Shown: positions 46,315-56,487 of the stretch, one piece after another | How the letters are laid out: each line of letters starts with the position of its first letter | How positions within the stretch are numbered: the stretch's first letter is position 1 | Virus record (IMG/VR): IMGVR_UViG_3300023313_000005 | Location: 11,554-75,553 of that record | Reading direction: 5' to 3' (one strand) | Source of the DNA: a virus | DNA length: 64,000 nt | Translations under genes and position numbers: made by a program | Notes under the pieces: model-generated | What the model saw: only the letters and a program-made list of their open reading frames with translations | What the model was told of the DNA's origin: nothing | Database searches by the model: none

Positions 46315-49300
46315 ACACATACCTAATTCAAAATTTATTGTAGGGGATATACCTGAGTTTAATCCTGTTTCCCAATACTATGAACGACTTACCTGGTGGA
46401 AAGAACAGAAACGTAGGTGCATAGAAGGATATTGGGTAGATGGTAAATGGTGCCCTGGTGTTTTATATTTTTATATAAATTTTTGGAATATAGAAGTAGA
46501 GGCAAGAGAAGGATCATTAGGTAAGGTAATTGGGACTCCGTGGTTTAGAGATTTAGAGTGGGACAAAGGGTATGTTATGGTAGAAGCAAGAGGGTTTTCC
46601 GGATTTACTAATGATGATGAATATACTTGTAACATTGCAGTATTAAAAAAAGAAGAATTACATAACGACGGATTATTAGATTTATATATAAAAAACGGAT
46701 ATGTTCGTAAGCAGGATTTAAGTAAAGAATATGTTCCCGCACGAGAATATTTACGAAAAATACATAAAGGTAATTTAGGGAAACCACTATTCCAAAATGA
46801 GGCATGTAATGTAGTAGATTTGGAATCTCGCGGAGGAGGTAAAGATTTAAAATCAACAGAAGTAGTTTATACAGAAACAGGCAAACTACCCATTTCTAAA
46901 ATCAAAGTAGGTGATCGTATTTTTGGCGCAGATGGTAAATTGACAACAATAACTTCTCGTAAAGATTTTTATGATCAGCAACAGTACAGGGTAGTATTCT
47001 CTGATGGGAGAAGTATAGAATGTGGAGGAGGGCATTTATGGACAGTGTATAGTAGAAGTAAGCACGGATACAAGAAAAAAGTATTATCTCTTGATGACAT
47101 AAGAAAAGATTATAAAATTGGTACACGGGGTGATAGTAGATATTTTGTACAATTATGCCAACCATTAGAATATTCTGAAAAAGAATTACCAATAGATCCT
47201 TATTATTTAGGATTATGGTTAGGTGATGGTAATTCAAATAATACATGTATAACTTCTGCCGACGAAGAAATAAAGGATAGTATTAAAAAATATGCTGAAG
47301 AGTTAGGTATGCGTATGAGCATTAGTTACCCTAACGAAACTGCTTCTGTTTATAGAATATGTGAATTAAAAAATGGTGTTGAAAATAAACTTATTACAAA
47401 ATTAAAACAACTAAATGTTTTATATAATAAGCACATCCCTGATATATACTTACATAGTTCCAAAGAACAACGTCTAGAATTATTAAGAGGGCTTATGGAT
47501 AGCGACGGATATGCGGATGAAAGACATATTGAATTAACTACTAGCTATAAAGGCTTACAAAAAACAATTCCCGAACTAATTCATTCATTAGGAATTAGAA
47601 CAAAAATACGCATCAAAAAGACTACGCATAAAAATAGTCTTAGAATATCATTGTTAACAGATTTACGGATATTTAAACTTACCAGAAAACTTAAATTTGT
47701 AGGGAAAAATAGATCTAAATTTGCTATTACAAATAGAACAATGAGCGCTATACGTGAAATTATTCCAACAACCGTGCATCATTCTGTATGTATAAGTGTG
47801 GATAATACTGATTCTTTATTTGTAGCGGGCGAAGGTTGTATTGTAACACATAATTCTTTTTGGGGAGGTGGTAATATAGGTCATAATTTCTTATTCGATG
47901 GTGCTATTGATTATGATGTATACTTGTCTAAAAAAATGACAGATAAGCCTTTAACTACACAAACATTAGTAGGTGCTATAGATTCGTCTTTTTCTAAAGA
48001 TTTGCTTGCTAAATTTAAATTAGGAATGAAGCATTTACCTGGAGCTATAGAATATAATAATGAAACATATCCTTCCCCATTATCTATAGATTATACAGGA
48101 TCATTAATGCCGGGTAAATTCTTAGTATCTACTGCTACTGGTAGTAAAATACATCATAGATCATTTAAAGATAATCCTTTAGCCGCAAACGGTACCAGGC
48201 CATCATTATCATATTTAGAGGAGGTCGGGTTCATGGATAATATAGAAGAATCGTTAGGGGCAATGAAAGAATGTGTTGCATCTGGAGAAAGACAATTCGG
48301 AAGTATTTACATGTTTGGTACAGGAGGTCTATTTAAAGGGATGGCATCAATGCATATGAGTAATATATTTTATAATCCTTCCGATTATAATTGTTTGGAA
48401 TTTGATGATGAATGGGAAGGGCGTGGTAAAATTGGTTATTTTATACCTGCGTATAGAACACTTAATGGATTTAAAGAAACTGAAGATTATATAACGAATG
48501 ATGAAAAGGCATTAAATTTTTTATTAAAAGAACGTAAATCAGTATTAAAAAATAAAATTAAATATGCATCGGAAGTAATTAATAGACCTATAAAACCTTC
48601 TGAAATATTCTTTTCTACAGAAGGTACTTTCTTCCCATTAACTGAACTTAAACAGAGTCAGGAGAACTTACTAAAAAATGATAAATTATTAAACGCATCA
48701 TGGAAAGGATTTGTTGTAATATCAGAAGATGATACATTAATATGGAAAAATACGGATGATATGCCTATAACACAATGGCCCTATAAAGCAGGTAAAATGG
48801 GGGAAGGCTGTATAGAAATATTTGAAATGCCTGTAAAAAATGTAGAAAATGAGGTAGTAAATAATATATATATTGCAGGATGTGACCCGGTTGACGATGA
48901 TGGCTTTGAAGGGTCATTACAATCATCATTTATTATGAATAGGCTTACGGGTAGAATAGTTGCTGAATACACAGCACGTCATGAAAGGGCAGACCAATAT
49001 TATGAGAATTTAAGAAAATTACTTTTATTTTTTAACGCAAAGTGTAATTATGAAAATAACAAAAAGGGTTTATTTCAGTATTTTCATAATATGAATTGTT
49101 CATATCTATTATCAGAAACCCCTAAATTATTAAGGGATCAAGGCATGGTTAGAACAGTAAGCATTGGTAACAAGTCGTATGGTACACCTGCTAATCAATA
49201 TGTTAATAGATGGGCTAGAGATTTAATAAAGAAATGGTTATTAGAACCTGCTATTAACAAAGATAACAACATAAATGCCGATACTATACGTTCTATTGCA

Positions 49301-49519
49301 TTAATAGAAGAATTAATAAGATGGACAGATAAGGGTAATTTTGATAGGGTATCAGCATTGGGGATGTTAATGATATTAAAAGAAGAAAAATATAAAAACG
49401 CAGTAAGTTTAGAAACCACACATCAATCAATATTTAATAGATGGTCAGGTAGATTAAAGAAGAAAGGTATCGGTTATAAAAAAGCTATTACGAAACAAAA
49501 TTTTTTACAGAATAATTAA
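46304..49519 (+). CDS. terL: Terminase large subunit with an intein
   Basis: Walker A SRGGGK|S, Walker B LEEVG, FGTGG, nuclease motif AGCDP, YENN and GNFDRVSA. Confidence 0.93.
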   Translation: MRSKHIPNSKFIVGDIPEFNPVSQYYERLTWWKEQKRRCIEGYWVDGKWCPGVLYFYINFWNIEVEAREGSLGKVIGTPWFRDLEWDKGYVMVEARGFSGFTNDDEYTCNIAVLKKEELHNDGLLDLYIKNGYVRKQDLSKEYVPAREYLRKIHKGNLGKPLFQNEACNVVDLESRGGGKDLKSTEVVYTETGKLPISKIKVGDRIFGADGKLTTITSRKDFYDQQQYRVVFSDGRSIECGGGHLWTVYSRSKHGYKKKVLSLDDIRKDYKIGTRGDSRYFVQLCQPLEYSEKELPIDPYYLGLWLGDGNSNNTCITSADEEIKDSIKKYAEELGMRMSISYPNETASVYRICELKNGVENKLITKLKQLNVLYNKHIPDIYLHSSKEQRLELLRGLMDSDGYADERHIELTTSYKGLQKTIPELIHSLGIRTKIRIKKTTHKNSLRISLLTDLRIFKLTRKLKFVGKNRSKFAITNRTMSAIREIIPTTVHHSVCISVDNTDSLFVAGEGCIVTHNSFWGGGNIGHNFLFDGAIDYDVYLSKKMTDKPLTTQTLVGAIDSSFSKDLLAKFKLGMKHLPGAIEYNNETYPSPLSIDYTGSLMPGKFLVSTATGSKIHHRSFKDNPLAANGTRPSLSYLEEVGFMDNIEESLGAMKECVASGERQFGSIYMFGTGGLFKGMASMHMSNIFYNPSDYNCLEFDDEWEGRGKIGYFIPAYRTLNGFKETEDYITNDEKALNFLLKERKSVLKNKIKYASEVINRPIKPSEIFFSTEGTFFPLTELKQSQENLLKNDKLLNASWKGFVVISEDDTLIWKNTDDMPITQWPYKAGKMGEGCIEIFEMPVKNVENEVVNNIYIAGCDPVDDDGFEGSLQSSFIMNRLTGRIVAEYTARHERADQYYENLRKLLLFFNAKCNYENNKKGLFQYFHNMNCSYLLSETPKLLRDQGMVRTVSIGNKSYGTPANQYVNRWARDLIKKWLLEPAINKDNNINADTIRSIALIEELIRWTDKGNFDRVSALGMLMILKEEKYKNAVSLETTHQSIFNRWSGRLKKKGIGYKKAITKQNFLQNN
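46844..47854 (+). mobile_element. 337-aa intein with a LAGLIDADG homing endonuclease, inserted in the terminase Walker A motif
   Basis: Ends VTHN|S; LGLWLGDG and LRGLMDSDG motifs; removing it restores GGGKS. Confidence 0.9.
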
Positions 49520-49582
49520 AAAAGTGTATTACATAAAATAATATATATATATATTTGTAAATTGTTATAAATTATCATATAG

Positions 49583-52084
49583 ATGACTGTAAGTAGAATT
49601 AAAAAAGAAGGTTCTTCGGGAGCAAAATTTCCTCCACAAAAAAAGTCAACTAGCGAAAAAGGTAAATCTTTTGGTATAGAATGCATAGAGGGTGCTGAAA
49701 ATTTAGCATTGTTTTCAAGTCATGAAATTAGGCAATCATATTATAATAAAAAGAAAAATTATGATTTGGCTAATGATATAATTGATTTAAAAGATGTAGA
49801 ATCGGTATGTAGCCCATTAGGATTAGATATGTCAACTTTCCCTGCTACAATGCAAAATTATCCATTAGCTAACCCTAAGATTAAGCTATTGATGGGAGAG
49901 GAAATGAAACGTCCTTTTGAATTTAGAGTAAGATCTACAAATCCAAATACTGCTAATAAGAAGGAAGAAGCATACAAAAATGATATTTTGGAGTATGCAA
50001 TGAATAATATAAGTAAAGAAGGTCTCGATGAGAAACAAGTTACCATTGAGATGGATAAAATAAAAAGATATTACGATTATACGTATCAAGATTTTCATGA
50101 AAAAATGGCATCTGATATATTGTCGTATTTTTGGAAAGAACAAGATTTAAGTGATAAATTTTCTAAAGGATTTCAGGATGCTCTTATCGCAGGTGAAGAA
50201 ATATATAGGATTGATATTGTTGCAGGTGAGCCTGTGGTTGTCAAATGTAATCCCCTTAACATATTTACATACGGTATGGGTGAGAGTCCATACTTGGATG
50301 ATGCTGATATTATAATAGAAGATACATATGTATCTATAGGTAAGGTTATTGATGAGTTTTATGAATATTTGAAACCAGAAGATATAAACGAGTTAGAAGA
50401 ACAACGTACTAATAAAACAGGATCTAGGAGTAGCACAGGAGATACATTAAATTATAAAAACTTTTTTCCACAGTTATTATCATCTACATTTACAGGAGAA
50501 TCATTTACTGTATCTAGTAATGAAGGAAGAAATCGTTTTGGTGGATATAGAGACGACGCAGGTAATATTAGAGTGACAAGGGTAGTATGGAAATCACGAC
50601 GTAAAATAGGCAAGCTTACATATTATGATGAATTTGGTGATATGCAACATACCATTGTAGATGAATATTATAAACCAAATAAATTAGAAAATGAATCAGT
50701 AAAATGGTTATGGGTAAATGAATATTGGGAAGGTACTCGTATAGGAAAAGATTTATATGTAAAAATACAACCCCGTCCAATTCAATTCAGATCTATTAAT
50801 AATTTGTCCAAATGTAAATCTGGATATGTAGGTACAGCATATAATATTAATAGCTCTCGAGCTAGATCATTGTATGACCAAATGAAACCTTATCAGTATT
50901 TGTATAATATTTTTATGTATAGGACTGAATTAGCATTTGCTAAATATAAAGGACCCATAATGGAAATTAATGCCGCAGCTATTCCAGACGATATGGATCT
51001 CGAAGAATGGTTGTATTATGCTGAAGTTACAGGTTATGCGTTAATGGATCCATTCAATGAATCAAAAAAAGGACCTTCTCAAGGTACATTAGCGGGATCT
51101 ATGAATACCGTAGGTGGTAAAATATTATCGGATGATTCTATAGGTAACTACATACAGTCTAATATACAAATGCTACGTTATATAGAAGAGCAATTAGGTT
51201 CTATTTCCGGAGTTTCTCAACAACGTCAAGGTCAAATTGAAACTAGGGAGTTAGTAGGAAATGTTGAAAGGGCTGTATCACAAAGTGCTCATATTACAGA
51301 GCCCTGGTTTCATACACATGAACATGTTAAATTGAGAGTACTTAATGTTTTATTAGAAACGGCAAAGTATTGTTTTAAAGACGAAACTGATAAAAGATTA
51401 CAATTTGTTACAGATGATATGTCTACTATCACAATTAATGTTGATGGTAAAATGCTGAATGAATCTGAATATTCGGTATTTGTAAATAGTGGAATGAGAG
51501 ATTTAGAATTTGAACAAGCATTGAAACAATTGGCGCAAGCAGGTTTGCAGAGCGGTAAACTAAATTTTGCAGACGTAGTTAAAGTGTATCAGGCTAATAA
51601 TATGACAGATAAGGCTAAACTAATAGAAGAGGCAGAAGCTAAAAAAGCACAAAGTGATGCAGAACAGCAACAAAAACAACAAGAGCATGAACAACAATTA
51701 CAGCAAGCTCAACAACAAGCTGCACAAGAATTAGCTAAAATGCAAATTGAAAATAGGGAGGATGAGCAAGCTGCTAAATTAGAAGAGATAAAAGTAAAAG
51801 CAGAAGAGGAACGTAAAACCCTTCTTTTAAAATCTCAAGTAGAAAATGAATTAACAGCTAATGCTAAAGATTTAGAACGAGAAAAATTAAGAATAAATAA
51901 AGAGATAGAACAAGAAAAATTAAAATTAGAGAAAGAAATATCTGAAAATCAATTACGTGTCAAACAAAAAGAATTAGATGCCACATTGGCATTTAAACGT
52001 CAAGAATCAAATAATAAATTAAAAGTAGAGCGTGAAAAAATGATTGCGGATAGAAAAGCAAGAAATAAAAATAATAGTAAATAG
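49583..52084 (+). CDS. Portal protein (crAss-like)
   Basis: Follows terL; 833 aa; WVNEYWEGT, KPYQYLYN, GVSQQRQG and a coiled-coil tail. Confidence 0.88.
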   Translation: MTVSRIKKEGSSGAKFPPQKKSTSEKGKSFGIECIEGAENLALFSSHEIRQSYYNKKKNYDLANDIIDLKDVESVCSPLGLDMSTFPATMQNYPLANPKIKLLMGEEMKRPFEFRVRSTNPNTANKKEEAYKNDILEYAMNNISKEGLDEKQVTIEMDKIKRYYDYTYQDFHEKMASDILSYFWKEQDLSDKFSKGFQDALIAGEEIYRIDIVAGEPVVVKCNPLNIFTYGMGESPYLDDADIIIEDTYVSIGKVIDEFYEYLKPEDINELEEQRTNKTGSRSSTGDTLNYKNFFPQLLSSTFTGESFTVSSNEGRNRFGGYRDDAGNIRVTRVVWKSRRKIGKLTYYDEFGDMQHTIVDEYYKPNKLENESVKWLWVNEYWEGTRIGKDLYVKIQPRPIQFRSINNLSKCKSGYVGTAYNINSSRARSLYDQMKPYQYLYNIFMYRTELAFAKYKGPIMEINAAAIPDDMDLEEWLYYAEVTGYALMDPFNESKKGPSQGTLAGSMNTVGGKILSDDSIGNYIQSNIQMLRYIEEQLGSISGVSQQRQGQIETRELVGNVERAVSQSAHITEPWFHTHEHVKLRVLNVLLETAKYCFKDETDKRLQFVTDDMSTITINVDGKMLNESEYSVFVNSGMRDLEFEQALKQLAQAGLQSGKLNFADVVKVYQANNMTDKAKLIEEAEAKKAQSDAEQQQKQQEHEQQLQQAQQQAAQELAKMQIENREDEQAAKLEEIKVKAEEERKTLLLKSQVENELTANAKDLEREKLRINKEIEQEKLKLEKEISENQLRVKQKELDATLAFKRQESNNKLKVEREKMIADRKARNKNNSK

Positions 52085-52151
52085 TAACAATAACTGGTTA
52101 TCTAAAATGCTATTACAATGTTAAAAAGTTAAGCATATTAATTAAAAAACT

Positions 52152-52183
52152 TTTGGAAGTAATATTTATAATAATTAAATTTG
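52152..52183 (+). promoter_or_regulatory. Bacteroidota-type promoter for the capsid genes
   Basis: TTTG-N20-TAAATTTG. Confidence 0.65.
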
Positions 52184-52190
52184 TAGCAAA

Positions 52191-53381
52191 ATGGAAAAAA
52201 CAGAACTAGGATTAGATCAATTAGCCAAGCAAATAAAGGGAGAGGGATCATTTGTAATACCCGAAACTACTCCCAAGCCTGCTGATATACCTGACGATAA
52301 AGTTGTAGAAAATCAAGAAGGTAATGTAAACCAAAATACTAATGGTGATGAGTCATTAGAAGATGATAATATTTTAAATAAACCTATTGACATAAGTGAT
52401 GCGGTAAATATACCACCGAGTTCATCTGATGATAATGAGCCCCCTGCTCCTAAAGATACCCAAGATGCTTCTCTTTTTACTCCATTTGCTAATGTCTTAA
52501 AGGAGCAGGGGGTTTTAAATGAAGAATTGTTAAAAGATAAGAAACTAGAATCAATAGATGATTTGGTTTCTGTCATGAAAGAACAAATTGATACACAAGC
52601 TAAAACTTATGCGGAGGCTCAAAAACAATCACTTACACCAAAAGGGCGTGAATATTTGAATTTGATTGAACAAGGAGTGTCTCCGGATAATGCGTTAAGT
52701 ACGGTTAATACAGAAGAATTAGTTAATGGATATACTGCGGAAAGGTTAGAAGATATAAATATACAAAAAGAAGCAGTAAGTTTATATTTACAATCATTAA
52801 ATACAGAGGATAGTGAAATTAAAGATCAGTTACAGTATCTCGAAGACATGGGTAAGCTTGAGGAAAAAGCTAAAACTTATGTGTCCAAAATGCAAGAATC
52901 AATCAAACAACAAAAAGAATACCTAAAACAACAATCCATTCAGCAGCAGGAGTTGCAGAGAAAAAATATGGAAACGGAGCTTGAAAATTTAAAGAAAAAA
53001 GTTTTTACAGTTAAAGAGATAGTTCCGGGTAAAGTATTAAATGATTCACTTAAAGATCAATTATTTAAATCCATGACCACAGCTGTTGGTACAGACCCTA
53101 ATACGGGACAGCCTATTAATGCTGTTGCCGCAAAACGTTTAGAAGATCCTCATAGTTGGGAGATGAAAGTTCATTATTTAACTCTTTTGGGAGTATTTGA
53201 TGATAAATGGGACGGTATTTTAAACAGTGTTAAAACAGATGCGGTCAAAGATTTTGAAAAAGCATTGCGTACTACATCACCTGTTACAGGGGCACCCCCC
53301 GTAATGTCAGATGATGTACCAGATAAGACTAAAGACTTGCTTGCAGGATTTGCTAAATTCAAGCAGGCATTAAACAAATAA
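52191..53381 (+). CDS. Putative capsid scaffolding protein
   Basis: Acidic coiled-coil protein between portal and MCP. Confidence 0.6.
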   Translation: MEKTELGLDQLAKQIKGEGSFVIPETTPKPADIPDDKVVENQEGNVNQNTNGDESLEDDNILNKPIDISDAVNIPPSSSDDNEPPAPKDTQDASLFTPFANVLKEQGVLNEELLKDKKLESIDDLVSVMKEQIDTQAKTYAEAQKQSLTPKGREYLNLIEQGVSPDNALSTVNTEELVNGYTAERLEDINIQKEAVSLYLQSLNTEDSEIKDQLQYLEDMGKLEEKAKTYVSKMQESIKQQKEYLKQQSIQQQELQRKNMETELENLKKKVFTVKEIVPGKVLNDSLKDQLFKSMTTAVGTDPNTGQPINAVAAKRLEDPHSWEMKVHYLTLLGVFDDKWDGILNSVKTDAVKDFEKALRTTSPVTGAPPVMSDDVPDKTKDLLAGFAKFKQALNK

Positions 53382-53395
53382 AAACTAAATAAATT

Positions 53396-54880
53396 ATGAC
53401 AGCATTCCCTTTACAGGAATATTTGCCTACAGATTGGTCAGGATTAACAACTGAGAACCATCTTGCTTCAATATACGGTATTGATGTGCAGGAAGCTTCC
53501 GAGTTGATCACGATGCTGCATCAGATCAACAACGGAATGGATCTCGATACATTCTTGTCCAAACTAGGTGTTAAATATTTCGACTCAGATGAAGATTTTA
53601 GGTGGAGACTACAAGGTTTCAGCCGTAAAAATCTGCCACTGCTTCGTGCAGAAATTAACGGAACAACAGTAACTGCTTCTGATACACCTGGTATAGGTGG
53701 ATCTGAGTTTACTCTTGTTTTCTCAGAAGATTTCTTTGATGATACCGACTTGATTGTTGGTGAAAAGAACGAAAGATATCCTATTAGGGTTTTAGACGTT
53801 CCTGAATATCAAGGATCTGAAGTATTGTATAGATGTAAACTTTTTACAAATGACCCTGATTTGTATGTTCCTTTTGCTGAACTACAAGCAGGTAAAAGAT
53901 TTTCTAGGGATTGGAATCCAGTAACTAGAACTCTATCTGTAAAAGGTGGACATGTTAACTATACTAGCCCATTCTCAATGATTAACACATTTACCATGAT
54001 TCGTATGCAAGATGTACGACCTGGTAATATGATTTCAAAACCAGTTGCTTTCTCATGGCAAGTTGACTATGATGGTAAAATTGAAACTAAAACTACCTGG
54101 ATGCAGTACGCTGATTGGGAGTTTGAAATGCAGTTTCAAGAAGCCAAAGCTCGACTTTTAATGTTTGCCACATCTAATCGTAATGATGACGGTACATATT
54201 CTGAAAAAGGTAAATCAGGTTATGAGATTAAACAAGGAGCAGGCATTCGTCAACAAATGGAAGGTTCTAATACAGCTTTCTATAATACATTTGATATCAA
54301 ATGGATGACTTCTGTGTTGCTTGATATGTCAGTTAATCGTTTGACTCGTGATGAGCGTAAATTTGTATTTAGAACTGGAGAATGGGGCATGTATCAATTC
54401 TCAGAGTCACTTGAGAGTTATACTGCATTATATACTCCTCTTTTTGTAAATGAGAGAGTATACTCAGGTAAAGATAATACGTTGGGATATAAAGGCCAAT
54501 TCCTTGAGTTTAAAGGACCACAGGGAACAGAGGTAACTCTATCACATGAGCCTATGAATGATGACCCTACACGTAATAAGATTTATCATCCAGAAGGAGG
54601 ATTGGCCGAATCACGTAGGTATGATATCTTAGATATTGGACCGGCTAATGGTGCACCTAATATTCAAAAGTGCATGGTTAAAAATCAAGAAGACATAATG
54701 ATTTATATCAACGGTCTTCGTGATCCTTTCAATCCTAATGGTAAATTAACAGCCGCTGCACATTCTGTAGACGGGTATGAAGTACATAGAGCTGCTGTAT
54801 GTGGTGCTATGATTACAGATCCTACCCGAACTGCTACATTGGCACCCGGATTGTTAAGTGACGTAGGAGTAATTTATTAA
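53396..54880 (+). CDS. Major capsid protein (crAss-like)
   Basis: GLTTENHL, GAGIRQQ and TGEWG motifs; size and position. Confidence 0.88.
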   Translation: MTAFPLQEYLPTDWSGLTTENHLASIYGIDVQEASELITMLHQINNGMDLDTFLSKLGVKYFDSDEDFRWRLQGFSRKNLPLLRAEINGTTVTASDTPGIGGSEFTLVFSEDFFDDTDLIVGEKNERYPIRVLDVPEYQGSEVLYRCKLFTNDPDLYVPFAELQAGKRFSRDWNPVTRTLSVKGGHVNYTSPFSMINTFTMIRMQDVRPGNMISKPVAFSWQVDYDGKIETKTTWMQYADWEFEMQFQEAKARLLMFATSNRNDDGTYSEKGKSGYEIKQGAGIRQQMEGSNTAFYNTFDIKWMTSVLLDMSVNRLTRDERKFVFRTGEWGMYQFSESLESYTALYTPLFVNERVYSGKDNTLGYKGQFLEFKGPQGTEVTLSHEPMNDDPTRNKIYHPEGGLAESRRYDILDIGPANGAPNIQKCMVKNQEDIMIYINGLRDPFNPNGKLTAAAHSVDGYEVHRAAVCGAMITDPTRTATLAPGLLSDVGVIY

Positions 54881-54899
54881 TCATAAATAAAAATAACAA

Positions 54900-55766
54900 A
54901 TGGAAAAAGTAGAAGCAAAGCCAAGTACATTCACACTTCCAAATAAGACCGTCATGGTGATGCCAATTATCCGTAAGGGTAGTTGGCTCCCTGAAGGTCA
55001 TGATGGGGAATTTATGTACACAGGAACAACATTGAGATTAACAGTACCTATTCATGGTGTAACGGGTCAATTAATTGATCCTTTAACAGAAGAAGAGCGA
55101 ATATTTTTTGAACAACCTTCTGTGTTAAGTATGAATCCTGGAGATCTCAGTATTTATAAAAAAGGTAGAGATAATTATTGGGCCAAGTTTGAAGTCAAAT
55201 TGACTAAAGACGGTTTGGAATTAGATCTAAGTAATCCTATTCAATATTTACAATATAAAGTGTTACTAGTTAATACCGATCTTATAGCTAAAAGTTTTGA
55301 AGATCGCTTCGCAGGAGGTGGTAAACGATTTATGTTAGTAGATAAGGATTATGAAGTTAAAACAAAAGTCGATAATGCTAATTTAATGCAATCAGTTTGG
55401 ATGGAATTTGGGGCTATTAAAAACTCAACCAATAAACTTAGGAATGTATTAAAAATATGTACTGAAAAAGCATTAAGTAAAAATGTAAAACTTGAATTTC
55501 TTATTGCTGAAGTAACTAAAATTATAGAAGAAGATCCAAATAAATTTATTTCTGTAATTACTGATGATAATTTTGAAATGAGGTCATTTATTGAAGATGC
55601 TATCGAAGTAGGTGCTATTGTAAAGCCTGCAAAAAATAGATATGCATTCGCAGGAGAACCTGATGAAGTTTATACTATAGACCAACTTATTACTGAATTA
55701 GACCCAGAAGGGATTAATCAGGATAAATATTTTAAAATAAAAACTCAAATTGAAGAATCAATTTAG
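54900..55766 (+). CDS. Conserved crAss-like structural-module protein
   Basis: LDLSNPIQYL motif; directly after the MCP gene. Confidence 0.7.
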   Translation: MEKVEAKPSTFTLPNKTVMVMPIIRKGSWLPEGHDGEFMYTGTTLRLTVPIHGVTGQLIDPLTEEERIFFEQPSVLSMNPGDLSIYKKGRDNYWAKFEVKLTKDGLELDLSNPIQYLQYKVLLVNTDLIAKSFEDRFAGGGKRFMLVDKDYEVKTKVDNANLMQSVWMEFGAIKNSTNKLRNVLKICTEKALSKNVKLEFLIAEVTKIIEEDPNKFISVITDDNFEMRSFIEDAIEVGAIVKPAKNRYAFAGEPDEVYTIDQLITELDPEGINQDKYFKIKTQIEESI

Positions 55767-55769
55767 TAG

Positions 55770-56453
55770 ATGACAGCTACGGAATTAAAAACTGAATTTC
55801 TAATAGGGTATGACAAGGTGTCCAGTTTTGCGGCACCTGGTTATACTGATTCTGAGATTTCTACTTTTTTAAGTCAGGCACAAGAACGTTTTGTAAAACA
55901 ACGGTATACACCCAAAGGAAATAAATATCAAGATGGATTTGAGGAGACTGAAAAAAGAAGAAAAGATTTAGAAGGAGTGATAATGTTAGGAACAGGGACT
56001 TTATCCGCAGACCAATCTAATTTATTGTCTACAAATAGTGTGGCATACGATTTACCTACGGATCATTGGTTAACTATAATAGAATGGGTAGCTACTGATA
56101 ATGTGTGCTCTCCTACTGTAAAAGTAGTATCAAAAACACACGATGAGTATTTTGCTATAATAGATGACCCATTTAAAAAACCGTCATCTGATAAAGCATT
56201 TAGATTAGATTTAGCTAGGAGTAATGGTAATAAGAGATATGAAATTATTACTGATGGTAGTTATAATATAAATAACTACTTTTTAAGGTATATAAAAGAA
56301 TTAGTTGACATAGATATAACAAATAATATTTCAAGTGAGTTACATAATATGACACACCGTGAAATAGTTAATATTGCAGTCACAATAGCCTTGGAAAATA
56401 CCCAAGAACCACGAGTTCAGTCTCATATGGGGCTAGGACAACAGGTAGAATAA
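55770..56453 (+). CDS. Head-tail ring/adaptor protein (crAss-like)
   Basis: EISTFLSQAQ, GFEETEKRRKDL and HREIVNIAV. Confidence 0.7.
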   Translation: MTATELKTEFLIGYDKVSSFAAPGYTDSEISTFLSQAQERFVKQRYTPKGNKYQDGFEETEKRRKDLEGVIMLGTGTLSADQSNLLSTNSVAYDLPTDHWLTIIEWVATDNVCSPTVKVVSKTHDEYFAIIDDPFKKPSSDKAFRLDLARSNGNKRYEIITDGSYNINNYFLRYIKELVDIDITNNISSELHNMTHREIVNIAVTIALENTQEPRVQSHMGLGQQVE

Positions 56454-56487
56454 ATAAAATAAATGTTTAATTAAAAATTAAAAACTC

